A stretch of 64,000 bases of DNA from Formivibrio sp. (GCA_031291275.1 JARLJJ010000423.1:10108-74107), one strand, 5' to 3'. Positions 53,589 to 64,000 are shown, counted from the stretch's first letter. The notes: generated by a model not told the origin, from the sequence alone. Translations and numbers: made by a program.

Positions 53589-54119
53589 ATGGATATGACC
53601 GTCGACTGGAATCAGGCCATTTTCTTCAAGACGGAAAAAGCAATTGAAGAGCTGGCTGACCGCCGACATGGCTTGCGCCCGAAAGCTCGGCAACTTCTGA
53701 TCATGCTCGATGGTGAACGCACGCTGGGCGCACTCACCCAGCTGATTTCAGCGCAGGATCTGCAGCCACTTATCACAGAATTACGCGATAACCATTTCAT
53801 TGGTGATCAAGCCGCAGCCCCAACACCCGAAGTCCCGACAACACCGCCTCCAACAGCGCCTACTGAAACAATCCAGGAAATCCCACTTGATCCTGTCCGT
53901 CTGACCCGCACCAAAGCCTATCTGATCGAGATCAGCCAGCAACATCTTGGCTTGATGGCAGCCAAGCTGCAGCAGGAAATCGCAACCGTCGATAACCCGA
54001 CCGCCATGCGGGCAGCGCTGGCTCATTGGAACATGGCCCTGCGTGAATCACGTTCCGGGGCCAGCATCGCCAGTCCCTGCCTGCAAAAGGCGCGCGAGAT
54101 ACTCGGGCAGACGATATGA
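53589..54119 (+). CDS. Conserved hypothetical protein
   Basis: KTEKAIEEL..R..LRPKARQLLIMLDG N-domain, Pro/Thr linker, helical C-domain. Confidence 0.7.
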   Translation: MDMTVDWNQAIFFKTEKAIEELADRRHGLRPKARQLLIMLDGERTLGALTQLISAQDLQPLITELRDNHFIGDQAAAPTPEVPTTPPPTAPTETIQEIPLDPVRLTRTKAYLIEISQQHLGLMAAKLQQEIATVDNPTAMRAALAHWNMALRESRSGASIASPCLQKAREILGQTI

Positions 54120-54244
54120 TCCGCTCAGCGTAAACTACGCACCTTCCAGAACCGAAAGGTATCTTCGGCCTCACTGGACCTCTCTGATTTCTTTTTTTAA
54201 TTCGGAATGGCAACTGACCATCCCGGCAGGATCTTTGCACTGTT

Positions 54245-55780
54245 ATGAATCTTCTTAAATCGCTGGCACAAGTCAGCTCGATGACGTTGGTTTCCCGTAT
54301 TCTGGGTTTCGCCCGCGATGCCATCGTAGCGCGTATTTTTGGCGCGGGGTTTGCTACCGACGCTTTTTTTGTAGCCTTCAAGCTGCCCAATCTGCTGCGC
54401 CGCATCTTTGCCGAAGGGGCTTTCTCGCAAGCTTTCGTGCCCATTTTGGCCGAGTATCGCAATCGCGAAGGAGACGATGCCACCCGGGTCTTTGTGGCCG
54501 ACGTCTGCGGCCTGCTCGCCCTGGCGCTCTTTGTGGTCAGCGCACTGGGCATGATCGCCGCACCGGCCATCATCTGGATCTCGGCCCCTGGCTTTGCCAA
54601 CACCCCGGAAAAATTCACGCTCACGGTCAGCCTGCTGCGTATCACGTTTCCCTACATCCTGTTCATCTCCCTGGCTTCGTTGGCCGGCTCGATCCTGAAT
54701 ACCTGGAATAAGTTTTCGATTCCGGCCTTCGTACCTACCCTGCTGAATATTTCCTTTATTATTTTTGCCCTGTTTTTGGCGCCCTACTTTCACCCGCCGG
54801 TACTGGCACTTGCTTGGGCCGTTGCTGCCGGCGGTTTGGCGCAATTGGCGTTCCAGCTTCCCCATCTGAAGAAAATCGGCATGCTGGTACGCCCTCATTT
54901 GAATTTCAAGGATGCGGGTGTCTGGCGAGTGATGAAGCAAATGGGACCAGCTATCCTAGGGGTTTCCGTTAGTCAGGTATCGTTGATTATCAACACGATA
55001 TTTGCTTCGTTCCTGGTTTCCGGCAGCGTCTCGTGGATGTATTACGCTGACCGCCTGATGGAGTTCCCCACAGGCGTGCTTGGCGTGGCACTTGGCACGA
55101 TCCTGCTGCCATCGCTGGCACGCAGCCACGCCAGCGATGACCATACCGAATATTCACGCCTGCTTGATTGGGGTTTGCGTCTTTGCCTGATTCTGGCACT
55201 GCCTTCGTCCGTGGCACTGGCGGTCATTTCCCAGCCACTGGTCGCAACTTTGTTTCAGTACGGCAAGTTTGGCGCACACGATGCGTTGATGACCCAGCAA
55301 GCACTGATTGCCTATTCGGTCGGACTGCTCGGACTGATCCTGGTCAAAGTGCTGGCGCCGGGCTTCTATGCGCGTCAGAACATCCGCACGCCGGTCAAGA
55401 TTGCCCTGTTTACCCTTGCCGCCACACAGCTAATGAACCTGGCATTTATCTGGCACCTGCGTCACGCGGGTCTGGCACTCGCCATCGGACTGGGCGCCTG
55501 CGTCAACGCCAGCCTGCTTTATCGCCAATTGCGCCGTCATGGCATCTTCATCCCCCAGCCTGGCTGGCACCGCTTTATGCTCAAATTGCTTACCGCGGTT
55601 ATCGTAATGGCCGCCGTGCTCTGGGGACTGATGCAAGTCATGCCCGCATGGGATAGCGGGGGCATGGCCCTGCGCTGCTTGCGCTTATCGGGCTTGGTGT
55701 GCGGCGGGGTAGTGGCCTATTTCGGCACACTGGCGCTATTGGGTCTGCGTCCGCGTGATTTTTCCCGACGCACAGTCTGA
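54245..55780 (+). CDS. murJ: Lipid II flippase
   Basis: [47 protein letters not shown]. Confidence 0.97.
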   Translation: MNLLKSLAQVSSMTLVSRILGFARDAIVARIFGAGFATDAFFVAFKLPNLLRRIFAEGAFSQAFVPILAEYRNREGDDATRVFVADVCGLLALALFVVSALGMIAAPAIIWISAPGFANTPEKFTLTVSLLRITFPYILFISLASLAGSILNTWNKFSIPAFVPTLLNISFIIFALFLAPYFHPPVLALAWAVAAGGLAQLAFQLPHLKKIGMLVRPHLNFKDAGVWRVMKQMGPAILGVSVSQVSLIINTIFASFLVSGSVSWMYYADRLMEFPTGVLGVALGTILLPSLARSHASDDHTEYSRLLDWGLRLCLILALPSSVALAVISQPLVATLFQYGKFGAHDALMTQQALIAYSVGLLGLILVKVLAPGFYARQNIRTPVKIALFTLAATQLMNLAFIWHLRHAGLALAIGLGACVNASLLYRQLRRHGIFIPQPGWHRFMLKLLTAVIVMAAVLWGLMQVMPAWDSGGMALRCLRLSGLVCGGVVAYFGTLALLGLRPRDFSRRTV

Positions 55781-55847
55781 ACAATGGTTCTCAGCTTAGG
55801 GCGGCAAGAGTAAAATCGCGCCATCCTTAACGACACGGTCTCAAGCC

Positions 55848-57155
55848 ATGCATGCTCTCGCGCAACAACTGAATGCCACGCTGCAACAAGAAGCGGCCCC
55901 GGTTCTGGAAATGCTTTCCGATCTGGGTCGTGCGATTTACTTCCCCAAGGAAGGCATCCTGTCGCAATCGGCAGAAGCGGGCCAGAAAGCCAAGAAATTC
56001 AATGCGACCATCGGCATTGCTACGGAAAAGGGCATCCCGATGCATCTCGGGCTGATCCAGGAAACCCTGTCGGCCTATGCTCCGAAAGATATCTACCCGT
56101 ATGCCCCGCCCGCCGGCAAGCCGGAACTGCGCACCGCATGGCGCAGCAAAATGCTCAAAGACAACCCGAGCCTTGCCGGCAAGTCCTACGGCAATCCGAT
56201 TGTCACCAATGCACTGACCCACGGGATCAGCATCGTCTCGGATCTGTTTGCCGAAGCAGGCACTCCGCTGATCGTACCGGACAAAAACTGGGAAAACTAC
56301 GAACTGACCTTCGCCGTGCGTCGTGGCGCCGAGATGGTCTACTTCGAGCTATACGATGCCCGAGGCAAGTTCAACAGCAGCGGCATGAAGGCAGCTTTAC
56401 TGGCGCAGCTCGCCGCTGGCAAGAAAAAAGCGGTGGTATTGCTCAACTTCCCGAACAATCCGACCGGCTACACACCGACGGTTGCAGAAGGCGATGAAAT
56501 TGTCGCGGCACTGAAAGAAGTTGCCGATGCCGGTATGAAACTCGTGGTCGTGACCGACGATGCCTACTTTGGCCTCTTTTTTGAAGATAGCCTGACCGAA
56601 TCGCTGTTCGGCAAGCTCGCCGGCATCTCGCCCAACCTGCTCGCAGTAAAAGTTGACGGCGCCACCAAGGAAGAATTCGTCTGGGGCTTCCGCGTCGGGT
56701 TCATCACCTATGCCCACGCGTCCGACAAAGTATTGGCCGCGCTGGAACAAAAGACCATGGGCATCATCCGCGCCACGATCTCCAGCGGCCCGCATCCGAG
56801 CCAGACCTTCGTACTCAAGGCCTTGCAGGATCCGCGCTTCGAAGCCCAATGCGCCGAAAAGCACGAGATCATGAAGGCACGCGCCAACAAGGTGAAGGCA
56901 TTGCTTGATTCCGGCAATTTTGGCGATGCCTGGGATTACTATCCGTTCAACTCCGGTTACTTCATGTGCCTGAAGCTCAAGGGTGCCAGCGCTGAGGCCG
57001 TGCGCCAACGCCTCTTGAACGAATACCAAGTGGGTACGATCGCCTTGGGTGAAACCGATCTGCGCGTGGCATTCTCCTGCCTGGAGCTGGAGCATATCGA
57101 CGAGTTGTACCAGATCGTTTACCAGGCAGTGAAAGATATCCAAGCAGGTGTCTAA
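55848..57155 (+). CDS. PLP-dependent class I/II aminotransferase
   Basis: NATIGIA, NFPNNPTGY, DDAYFG, DGATKE..WGFRVGF (PLP lysine), NSGYFM. Confidence 0.9.
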   Translation: MHALAQQLNATLQQEAAPVLEMLSDLGRAIYFPKEGILSQSAEAGQKAKKFNATIGIATEKGIPMHLGLIQETLSAYAPKDIYPYAPPAGKPELRTAWRSKMLKDNPSLAGKSYGNPIVTNALTHGISIVSDLFAEAGTPLIVPDKNWENYELTFAVRRGAEMVYFELYDARGKFNSSGMKAALLAQLAAGKKKAVVLLNFPNNPTGYTPTVAEGDEIVAALKEVADAGMKLVVVTDDAYFGLFFEDSLTESLFGKLAGISPNLLAVKVDGATKEEFVWGFRVGFITYAHASDKVLAALEQKTMGIIRATISSGPHPSQTFVLKALQDPRFEAQCAEKHEIMKARANKVKALLDSGNFGDAWDYYPFNSGYFMCLKLKGASAEAVRQRLLNEYQVGTIALGETDLRVAFSCLELEHIDELYQIVYQAVKDIQAGV

Positions 57156-57173
57156 GCAACGACTATCCAGCAC

Positions 57174-57198
57174 AACGGGCGCCACGGCGCCCGTTTTT
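57174..57198 (+). terminator. Rho-independent terminator
   Basis: AACGGGCGCC-AC-GGCGCCCGTT followed by TTT. Confidence 0.75.
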
Positions 57199-57205
57199 GA
57201 TTCCA

Positions 57206-57646
57206 TCAGAAGCGCCTAAAGAAACGCCTGAGCACAGAGCCCATTCCGTTGCGCCGGGTGAAATCGGCATAGCTCTTATCTGCCACCAGAATATGATCGA
57301 CCAGCCAACATCTAAGAAAATACGTGGAATCCAGCGAGAGCGCTCTACCGGCAAGCACTGCAACCCTTTCAGCAGTAATTCGCGCGATGAAACGCTGATG
57401 AGACGTTGCGTGCTCGTCAATTTCAGGGAAACCACTCTCTCGCATAAAGGCTTCTTCTGCGTCGAAATGAGCCCGCGTATAGGTTTCCAACTCATCAACA
57501 AGCAGTAAAATTTGCTGGCAATCCGATTGCTCAGCAATCGCTTTCCAAGTCTTGTTGATGATTATAAACAATGACTGATGCTGAATATCCACATCATCAA
57601 GACCCAAGCTGTAATCGTTACTCCAACCAATTTGCAGCTTGGCCAT
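57206..57646 (-). CDS. Bacteriohemerythrin
   Basis: W...YSLG..DIQH, HFDAEE, EHATSH, WLVDHILVAD di-iron ligands. Confidence 0.92.
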   Translation of the reverse strand: MAKLQIGWSNDYSLGLDDVDIQHQSLFIIINKTWKAIAEQSDCQQILLLVDELETYTRAHFDAEEAFMRESGFPEIDEHATSHQRFIARITAERVAVLAGRALSLDSTYFLRCWLVDHILVADKSYADFTRRNGMGSVLRRFFRRF

Positions 57647-57700
57647 GGTTCCTCCTGAAACGCAGTCATTCCATCAAGCATGACTGCGCGTGCAACGCAT

Positions 57701-58237
57701 TTATTCGCCCTTCAAAGCAGCCGAGGCAGGCGAAGGCAGACCTTCACGCAAACAGGCTTTCCAACTAATACTTCCACCTTTCCCCGTCGTCAAAGCGCAA
57801 TCCACATTTCCGAATCGCACATATTCCCGCTTCTTCGGCTCCGAGGCTACGGCCTTGACTGGTAATGAACCTGCAGCCGCAGAAGCCTGCTTTGAAGCCG
57901 TTTTCGGGAAAACAGGAGATGCTTCTTCCAGCTTGCACTCCAATGCTCCGATTTGGTCTTTTTGCTGGTCGATTACTTTCTTCAAACCTTCTGCCTTGAC
58001 TTCAAAAACTCTTTTTTCATTCTCGACCTCAGCCAGTTGTTTTTTGAACAACAGCGTTTGCTCGGCAAATTGTTTACGTTCAAGAGTCAGCTTGGCCTTA
58101 CCCAGCACGATGCCAAGAAGCAAAAATACGATCAACCCTATCACCAGAGCGCTGATCATCAACGGCAAACGTATGCGTTGCATCAACGCCGGCGCTTCCG
58201 GGACAACTTCTTCCTCTGATCTTCTTACTTCAGACAT
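57701..58237 (-). CDS. Hypothetical single-TM coiled-coil protein
   Basis: Hydrophobic helix LMISALVIGLIVFLLLGIVLG, coiled-coil, C-terminal Cys pair. Confidence 0.7.
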   Translation of the reverse strand: MSEVRRSEEEVVPEAPALMQRIRLPLMISALVIGLIVFLLLGIVLGKAKLTLERKQFAEQTLLFKKQLAEVENEKRVFEVKAEGLKKVIDQQKDQIGALECKLEEASPVFPKTASKQASAAAGSLPVKAVASEPKKREYVRFGNVDCALTTGKGGSISWKACLREGLPSPASAALKGE

Positions 58238-58291
58238 GGCCATCCTCGCCTACATCAAGAGTTACCCACATCGTCCCGCGGGATCGACGCA

Positions 58292-58903
58292 TTACGAAAT
58301 CACCTGTTTCAACTGCACCACATAGCTCTGAATACCAGACAACAGCATTTCAATTGCAATTGCGGTCAATATTAAACCCATCAGTCGCTCAAACGCTTTG
58401 GTGACCGACTCTCCCACGAACTGACTGATGCGTTCGGCGAAAAAAAGTGTCAGGACCGTTACACCCATCGTCACGGCCAGCGCACCAAAAATCTCAGGCA
58501 CTTTGTCTGGGCCGCGAGCAACCAGCAGGAGAACCGTCGCCAGAGCCGAAGGTCCGGCAATCAACGGGATGGCCAAAGGCACGATAAAGGGTTCTTTTTC
58601 CAATGTTTCGCCCATCACCCCATCGGGATGCGGAAAAATCATCCGCAAGGCAATCAGAAACAACACCACACCACCTGCGATTCCGAGCGATGTTTCCGAA
58701 AGATGCATGATGGCAAGAAATCCACGCCCGAAAAACATGAACGCCAATAGCACTAAAGAAGCCACGCCAGTCTCGCGCAGGATCACCTTGAGCTTGCGCT
58801 CCCGGGGCACATTTTTCAGCAGAGAGACATACACGGGAAATCCACCCACTGGATCCGTCACCAGCAAAAGCAGAATCGTTGTAGAAATAAAATAGGCGCT
58901 CAT
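58292..58903 (-). CDS. MarC family membrane protein
   Basis: TDPVG, IAGGVVLFLIALRMIF, FIVPLAIPLIAGPSA, ERLMGLIL. Confidence 0.92.
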   Translation of the reverse strand: MSAYFISTTILLLLVTDPVGGFPVYVSLLKNVPRERKLKVILRETGVASLVLLAFMFFGRGFLAIMHLSETSLGIAGGVVLFLIALRMIFPHPDGVMGETLEKEPFIVPLAIPLIAGPSALATVLLLVARGPDKVPEIFGALAVTMGVTVLTLFFAERISQFVGESVTKAFERLMGLILTAIAIEMLLSGIQSYVVQLKQVIS

Positions 58904-59230
58904 CGTATCTTTTATCTTGTTATGTCGTCAGGCATGAATTCTGTCTTCTGGATCGCGTTGAACGGAAGGGAGGCGTCTGGTAAAACACTTTGTGAATGGG
59001 CATCCAAGTTCCGTCCAGTTCAGGTTTCTGATCAAGCCTAGTATGAACGTCATACGCTAACACAGCCCGATCTGACTTGCCCATGCCCATCTTCGGCAAC
59101 TTGCACAGAAACAAATGTCATCTTGCATTTCAAGCCCGGCAATTTTATTTTCATCACTTCGCACTACGTACCAAGCAAGAAAACTCGCCAGTCCGTTTGT
59201 ATCGGGACGCCAATGCAGCCGTGCGATCAA

Positions 59231-59256
59231 TAAAAAAGGCGGCCGAAGCCGCCTTG
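59231..59256 (-). terminator. Rho-independent terminator after the lipoprotein gene
   Basis: Minus strand AAGGCGGC-TTCG-GCCGCCTTTTTT. Confidence 0.8.
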
Positions 59257-59275
59257 TTCAATCGAATCGTCAGCC

Positions 59276-59696
59276 TTATTTTTTCTCAGGAACAGCGGGA
59301 CATTGTCCTATGAGTGTATAAGCGCCAAGGCTGCCCACCACTTGAACCGCATCAGCACACGCTGCGGGGCTGGCAGTTTCCAGGGTCACATCTTTGCCTG
59401 AATCCTTCTGCTTCATCGCAATCTTGACGGGCAAAGCCGCAGATTCGTTATCCGCATCGGTCCAACAGTCAACGGAATATTTCAGAATTTCCGGTTGTTT
59501 ATCAAACAAAGAAACAAATTTTTGGCAGGCACCCGCATCAGCTTGCACGATCTGCCAAGTGACCTTTCCGCTAAAGCCATCAATTTTTTGCGCAATCTTT
59601 CCGCCTGGAGGATTACGCATCTCCACTGACGATTGCGTCGCACAGCCAGCAAGCAATCCTACGACCCCCTGCCAAGACTATGAATTTTTTGATCAT
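59276..59696 (-). pseudogene. Lipoprotein gene with a +1 frameshift in its signal peptide (pseudogene, phase-variable or sequencing error)
   Basis: AGGAGAGG RBS then ATG 59696 (MIKKFIVLAG); removing one G from the G5 run (59665-59669) restores VVGLLAGC-ATQ and the downstream frame; span 421 nt = 3n+1. Confidence 0.7.
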
Positions 59697-59826
59697 TTCC
59701 CCTCTCCTTGTCATGTGTATTCTCTGGCCAATGAATCAGGAAACGCCATTTAAATCAAAACGTCGTTTCATAATAATGCCGAAAGCGAGTTTACCCATAA
59801 ACATGAAAAGGATAAAGCCTTCAAAA

Positions 59827-60591
59827 TCAATTCATTACAATGTCGGAAAAATACAATACTTCGCCACTCCGCCCTCGACTTTCCGGCCCTAACCAATGCA
59901 AGAAAGCAGGCACCAGGCGCTCAGCCGAAGGAAGTCCATCTTTCGATTCCGCCGGATGGGTTGCCAGACGAAACGGGGATTGAATTGGCCCGGGTATCAG
60001 CAAATTGATACGCAAATTCGGCAAGTTATCCCACTCGTCCGCGGCGATCTCGACCCAGTTTTTCTGACCAATCTTGCTCACGCTATAACCGCCCCAGAAA
60101 GCTTTAGGTGCCAGTGCATGCGTTTCACCAAGCACTAGCACAGCAGCATCCGGCGATTGCGCCAGCAAGGGAAACAAAGCACGGGTTAGTGCGAACGGTA
60201 CGGCAACATTGACACGGAACATCTCCGTCCACTCATCCAACGTCTGGTTCGCAAGTGGTGACAGATGCGTGAAACCATTAGCGGCATGCAGGATGCCATC
60301 AAGCCGGCCAAATTCATTGTCGATCAACACTGCCAAGCGGCCGATTTCCACTTCACCTGCTGTGGAAAAATCGAGCGGTGCTTCTGCCGGGAGGGGACCG
60401 CCCGCTGCTTCGATCCCGTCGTAGACCTTGCCAAGTTTTTTCTCGTTGCGATCAAGCAGAATGACTGTCGCACCCTGTTGAGCCAACGCTTTGGCTGCCG
60501 TTTCACCCAAACCTTGGGCCGCACCCGTGACCAGGATCACCCGGTCGCGAAACACATCGGCCGGTGCTGCGTAGTTTTTCCAGTCATTCAT
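59827..60591 (-). CDS. SDR oxidoreductase (YciK-like)
   Basis: ILVTGAAQGLG, LDGILHAA, WGGYSVSK (YxxxK), LIPGPIQSPFR. Confidence 0.9.
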   Translation of the reverse strand: MNDWKNYAAPADVFRDRVILVTGAAQGLGETAAKALAQQGATVILLDRNEKKLGKVYDGIEAAGGPLPAEAPLDFSTAGEVEIGRLAVLIDNEFGRLDGILHAANGFTHLSPLANQTLDEWTEMFRVNVAVPFALTRALFPLLAQSPDAAVLVLGETHALAPKAFWGGYSVSKIGQKNWVEIAADEWDNLPNLRINLLIPGPIQSPFRLATHPAESKDGLPSAERLVPAFLHWLGPESRGRSGEVLYFSDIVMN

Positions 60592-61885
60592 GCATCGACT
60601 CCAGTAATGCGCGCGCCGCAGCCACGCCGCTGCGCACCGCGCCTTCCAGCGTGGCTGGGTAATCGTAATCGTTGCCGGCAGTGTAATCGCCGGCCAGCCA
60701 CAGGCCCGCTTCACCCGTTCGATTCACCGGGCGCTGCATGCCCGGCACGCAGGCAAAGGTGGCGCGCTTTTCCGCGATCATGCCGCGCCACTGCGCTTGC
60801 ACCGGCAGATGCAAGCGCAAATGCAGCTCGCTCTCCACCGCCGCGATCAGGGTCTCGCGCGACCATTGCGTATGTTCGCCCTCCGCCGAAATCACCACCG
60901 CAATCAAGCCCGGCGTCGCGTGGCTGTAACTGCGATCAAATACCCATTGTGCCGGCGAATCGGCCAGTCCAGTCATCGGGCGCGGCAGGCGCACGGCAGG
61001 TTCATATTGCAGGTAGACCGTGACAATTGGCTGGTATTCCCATTGCTCGAGTTGTTGCGCCAATGCCGCCAGTTGAGGCAAATCGTGCAGCGCCATGCCG
61101 GCACGATGCGGCGGCAAAGCGCAGATCACGGCACCGTAACGCTCTTCGCTCGCGCCCACCTGCCAGCCGGACTCAGTGCGGCGCAGGCTTTTCACCATTA
61201 CGCCCAAACGCACTTCGCCACCGTGACTTTCCACCCAGCGTGCTGCGGCTTCAGGGAAGAGTGCGGAGAAATCCACCCGGGGGAACAGAAGATCGGAAGC
61301 CGCGCGCGCGCCACCGAGACTATCGCGCAGCACATTCAGCAGCACCTGCGCCGAAGCTTTTTCAATCGGGGTATTGAGCGCAGCCACCGTGAGCGGCTGC
61401 CAGAAACGGGTAATCAGACTGACCGGTTGGCGCTGCTCGGTTAGCCACTGCGCCACAGTGCAATCCACAGGCAACAGCCAGTTGGCCGCTTGTGTGGCAC
61501 GGATTGTCCGAATCAACCGCCAGCGTGCAACCACACCCAGACCACGCGCGCCCAATAAACCCGCAGCCAGATGCAACGGTGCCGGCAGTTTTGGACAAGC
61601 CAGCCGGAAACCCGGCTCAACCACGAGTTCCAGTGGCTGGCGCAGAAAGACCGTATCGGGTTCTACACCCGCCAACTGCATCAAGCGCAATAGTTCGCCA
61701 TATGCGCCGATCACCAGGTGCTGGCCGTTATCGACCTCGCGCCCGTCAAGCACCACCTTGCGCGCCCGGCCACCCAGCACCTTGCCCGCTTCAAACACTG
61801 TGACAGCGTGATCGGCAGCAGCCAGCTCCACTGAGGCAGCCATGCCGGCATAACCACCACCAAGGATGGCAATTTTAGGTTTCAT
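60584..61885 (-). CDS. hpnE: Hydroxysqualene dehydroxylase
   Basis: ILGGGYAGMAA, GGRAR, DNGQHLVIGAY, ALNTP, EKRATF, AGDYT..YPATLEGAVRSG; follows hpnD. Confidence 0.92.
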   Translation of the reverse strand: MKPKIAILGGGYAGMAASVELAAADHAVTVFEAGKVLGGRARKVVLDGREVDNGQHLVIGAYGELLRLMQLAGVEPDTVFLRQPLELVVEPGFRLACPKLPAPLHLAAGLLGARGLGVVARWRLIRTIRATQAANWLLPVDCTVAQWLTEQRQPVSLITRFWQPLTVAALNTPIEKASAQVLLNVLRDSLGGARAASDLLFPRVDFSALFPEAAARWVESHGGEVRLGVMVKSLRRTESGWQVGASEERYGAVICALPPHRAGMALHDLPQLAALAQQLEQWEYQPIVTVYLQYEPAVRLPRPMTGLADSPAQWVFDRSYSHATPGLIAVVISAEGEHTQWSRETLIAAVESELHLRLHLPVQAQWRGMIAEKRATFACVPGMQRPVNRTGEAGLWLAGDYTAGNDYDYPATLEGAVRSGVAAARALLESMHE

Positions 61886-61889
61886 GAGA

Positions 61890-62726
61890 TCAGGCAAAAA
61901 ACCAGGTTTTCCACGCCAGCCAGACCTTGCGCAGCTTGCCCAGGGACAGACGCTGGTTCAGCACCTTGCCGGCGCCGTCACGCTTGATTTCGTCGAGCGT
62001 GGCACGGTAGATCGCCGCCATCACCAGACCGCAGCGTTGCGCCTTGCGATCAGCGACGGGCAGCTCGGCCAGCGCCTGTGCATAGTAGTGTTCAGCACGC
62101 TCGATCTGGAATTCCATCAGCGCACGGAAATTGTCGGTTTCCTTCAGACTGAACAGATCGTCGGCCGTAACATTGAAGCGCTGCAGCTCGTCGACCGGGA
62201 TGTAGATGCGGCCGCGGCGCACGTCCTCGCCCACGTCGCGAATGATGTTGGTCAGCTGGAACGCCAGCCCCAGATCGTGCGCGTACTTCAGTGTCTTGCG
62301 ATCGGTGTAGCCGAAAATCTGCGCCGAGAGCTGGCCAACCACCGAGGCTACGCGGTAGCAGTAAAGCTGCAGCTCCTTGAAGCCGGTATAGCGTGGGATG
62401 TCGAGATCCATCTCCATGCCGTCGATGATTTCGAGGAACAGCTCGCGTTGCAGATCGTAGGCCTTGATCGCCGGCAGCAGCGCGCGCGTCACCGGATGTT
62501 GTGGGCCACCGGCGAAGAGGTTGTCGATTTCGGCGCGCCACCAGTTGAGCGTGGTACGCGCGACATTTTCGTCGTGCGTTTCATCGACGACATCATCGAC
62601 TTCACGGCAAAACGCATACAGCGCGGTGATCGCCAGCCGCTTCGGTTCCGGCAGGAAGCGGAAGCTGGAGTAGAAACTGGAGCCGCTTTTCGCGGCCTTG
62701 TTTTCACAGTACTGATCGGGGGTCAT
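61890..62726 (-). CDS. hpnD: Presqualene diphosphate synthase
   Basis: SGSSFYSSF, YAFCREVDDVVDE, YCYRVASVVG, FQLTNIIRDVGED..RGRIY. Confidence 0.93.
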   Translation of the reverse strand: MTPDQYCENKAAKSGSSFYSSFRFLPEPKRLAITALYAFCREVDDVVDETHDENVARTTLNWWRAEIDNLFAGGPQHPVTRALLPAIKAYDLQRELFLEIIDGMEMDLDIPRYTGFKELQLYCYRVASVVGQLSAQIFGYTDRKTLKYAHDLGLAFQLTNIIRDVGEDVRRGRIYIPVDELQRFNVTADDLFSLKETDNFRALMEFQIERAEHYYAQALAELPVADRKAQRCGLVMAAIYRATLDEIKRDGAGKVLNQRLSLGKLRKVWLAWKTWFFA

Positions 62727-63270
62727 ATCTCCCAGAGCTCCTGTTTTCCTGCGGGTTGCACCAGCGCCAGATCAGCCAGCCGGTGGCGGCAAGAATGCCT
62801 ATCAGCGCCATGAATCGCACCAGACCACCCAGTGCAGTATCGGCATTGAGCAGTCCCCACCGAACAAGTATTTCGTTCCAGTCATGGATACGGTCCCCAT
62901 TGCCCACCAGAGGTAATACTTGCGCCCGGGCATCGGCCATGTAGCGGCCGATATTGAGCCAGTTTTCTCCGAACCAGAGCGCACTAACATAGGTTCCTGC
63001 CACTTCGCGCTGCCGTTGAAACTTCCACCACACAATGGTGGGGAAAACCAGTTGGCCCAGCGTGCCACCGTAAACCATCAGCCGCTCAGACAATAGTCCA
63101 AAGATGGGATGGCCCGCTTCGTGAAACAACAGATTCGCGCCGTCGAGAATCCACACCCATTTCTCGCCGGTCAACGCCATCCAGAGGATAAACCCCGTCA
63201 GCACCAGAAGTCCGCCCCCCGATGGCAATGAGATGTTTTTCCAAGGGGCTGCATCTTGCACCCACAGCAT
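62704..63270 (-). CDS. Membrane protein with HExxH motif (M50-like zinc metalloprotease candidate)
   Basis: NLLFHEAGH, GGTLGQL..P, YMADAR, HDW; start overlaps the aroC stop (TGATG). Confidence 0.7.
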   Translation of the reverse strand: MLWVQDAAPWKNISLPSGGGLLVLTGFILWMALTGEKWVWILDGANLLFHEAGHPIFGLLSERLMVYGGTLGQLVFPTIVWWKFQRQREVAGTYVSALWFGENWLNIGRYMADARAQVLPLVGNGDRIHDWNEILVRWGLLNADTALGGLVRFMALIGILAATGWLIWRWCNPQENRSSGRYDPRSVL

Positions 63271-64000
63271 CAGGCAATTTGCCCTGGAATCTTCGGCGTA
63301 GCGGTAATGACATCGCCACACTGCGCACGCTGACGCAGCGCATGGTCAATCAGCACAAGCGCAAGCATCGCCTCGGCAATCGGCGTGGCGCGGATCGCAA
63401 CACACGGATCGTGGCGGCCGGTGGTCGCCATCAGCACCGCGTTGCCATCCTTGTCGACCGAGTGGCGCTCCTGCGCAATACTTGGCGTCGGCTTGACCGC
63501 GATGTTGACCAGAATATCCTGCCCGGAAGAAATCCCGCCAAGGATGCCTCCCGCATTATTGGTAGCAAAACCCTGCGGAGTGATTTCGTCGCAATGTTGA
63601 GAACCGCGCTGCGTAACGCTCTTGAATCCTGCGCCGATTTCGACGCCCTTCACGGCATTGATGCCCATCATGGCGTAAGCGATCTCGGCATCGAGCCGGT
63701 CATACACCGGCTCGCCCCAGCCGACCGGCACGCCCTCGGCAACGACGCTGATTTTGGCGCCAATCGAATCGCGCTGGCTGCGGATCAGGTCGAGATAGCC
63801 TTCAAGTTGCGGGACGATTTCCTGATTTGGCGCGAAAAAGGCATTCTGGCGAACGTCATCCCAACTCTTGAACGGGATTTCGATTTCGCCCATCTGGCAC
63901 ATATAGCCACGAATGGCGATACCGAATTTTTCCTTCAACCACTTTTTGGCGATCGCGCCGGCCGCCACGCGCACCGCGGTTTCACGCGCCGACGAGCGCC
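63270..64000 (-). CDS. aroC: Chorismate synthase (5' part outside the window)
   Basis: [59 protein letters not shown]. Confidence 0.96.
   Translation of the reverse strand, partial: RSSARETAVRVAAGAIAKKWLKEKFGIAIRGYMCQMGEIEIPFKSWDDVRQNAFFAPNQEIVPQLEGYLDLIRSQRDSIGAKISVVAEGVPVGWGEPVYDRLDAEIAYAMMGINAVKGVEIGAGFKSVTQRGSQHCDEITPQGFATNNAGGILGGISSGQDILVNIAVKPTPSIAQERHSVDKDGNAVLMATTGRHDPCVAIRATPIAEAMLALVLIDHALRQRAQCGDVITATPKIPGQIA

Noticed and set aside
58920-59114. Small ORFs or a riboswitch upstream of marC
   Set aside because: No RBS, protein-like features or recognisable riboswitch consensus.

Overview
Chromosomal window from a betaproteobacterium, probably Neisseriales/Chitinibacteraceae-like; this is inferred from gene content and style, not a database match. 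It is mostly housekeeping and metabolic genes: pncB, two complete but divergent glutamate synthase operons, thrH, mtnN, hemF, panD, an RNase II-family gene, msrB, bepA, cyaY, murJ, hpnDE and aroC. It also encodes transporters (DrrAB-type ABC, MacAB/NodT-type efflux, EamA, AEC, CDF, MarC) and signalling genes (two diguanylate cyclases, an MCP, a hemerythrin). No rRNA, tRNA, CRISPR array, integrase or transposase was recognised. Most notable: (i) a small accessory islet (~10.1-12.0 kb) with a tightly coupled BrnT-BrnA-HEPN-like operon, a REP doublet and an unknown gene; (ii) a PAP2/AUR1-like phosphotransferase paired with a membrane-fused spermidine-synthase-like protein lacking the canonical catalytic motifs; (iii) two unrelated gltBD operons 11 kb apart, each with a different inverted-repeat element in the gltB-gltD spacer; (iv) several kinds of intergenic palindromic mini-elements, including a MITE, two REP doublets, a perfect 40-bp palindrome and an attC-like hairpin; (v) a lipoprotein gene frameshifted in a G5 run. 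None of these is proven to be a new system.
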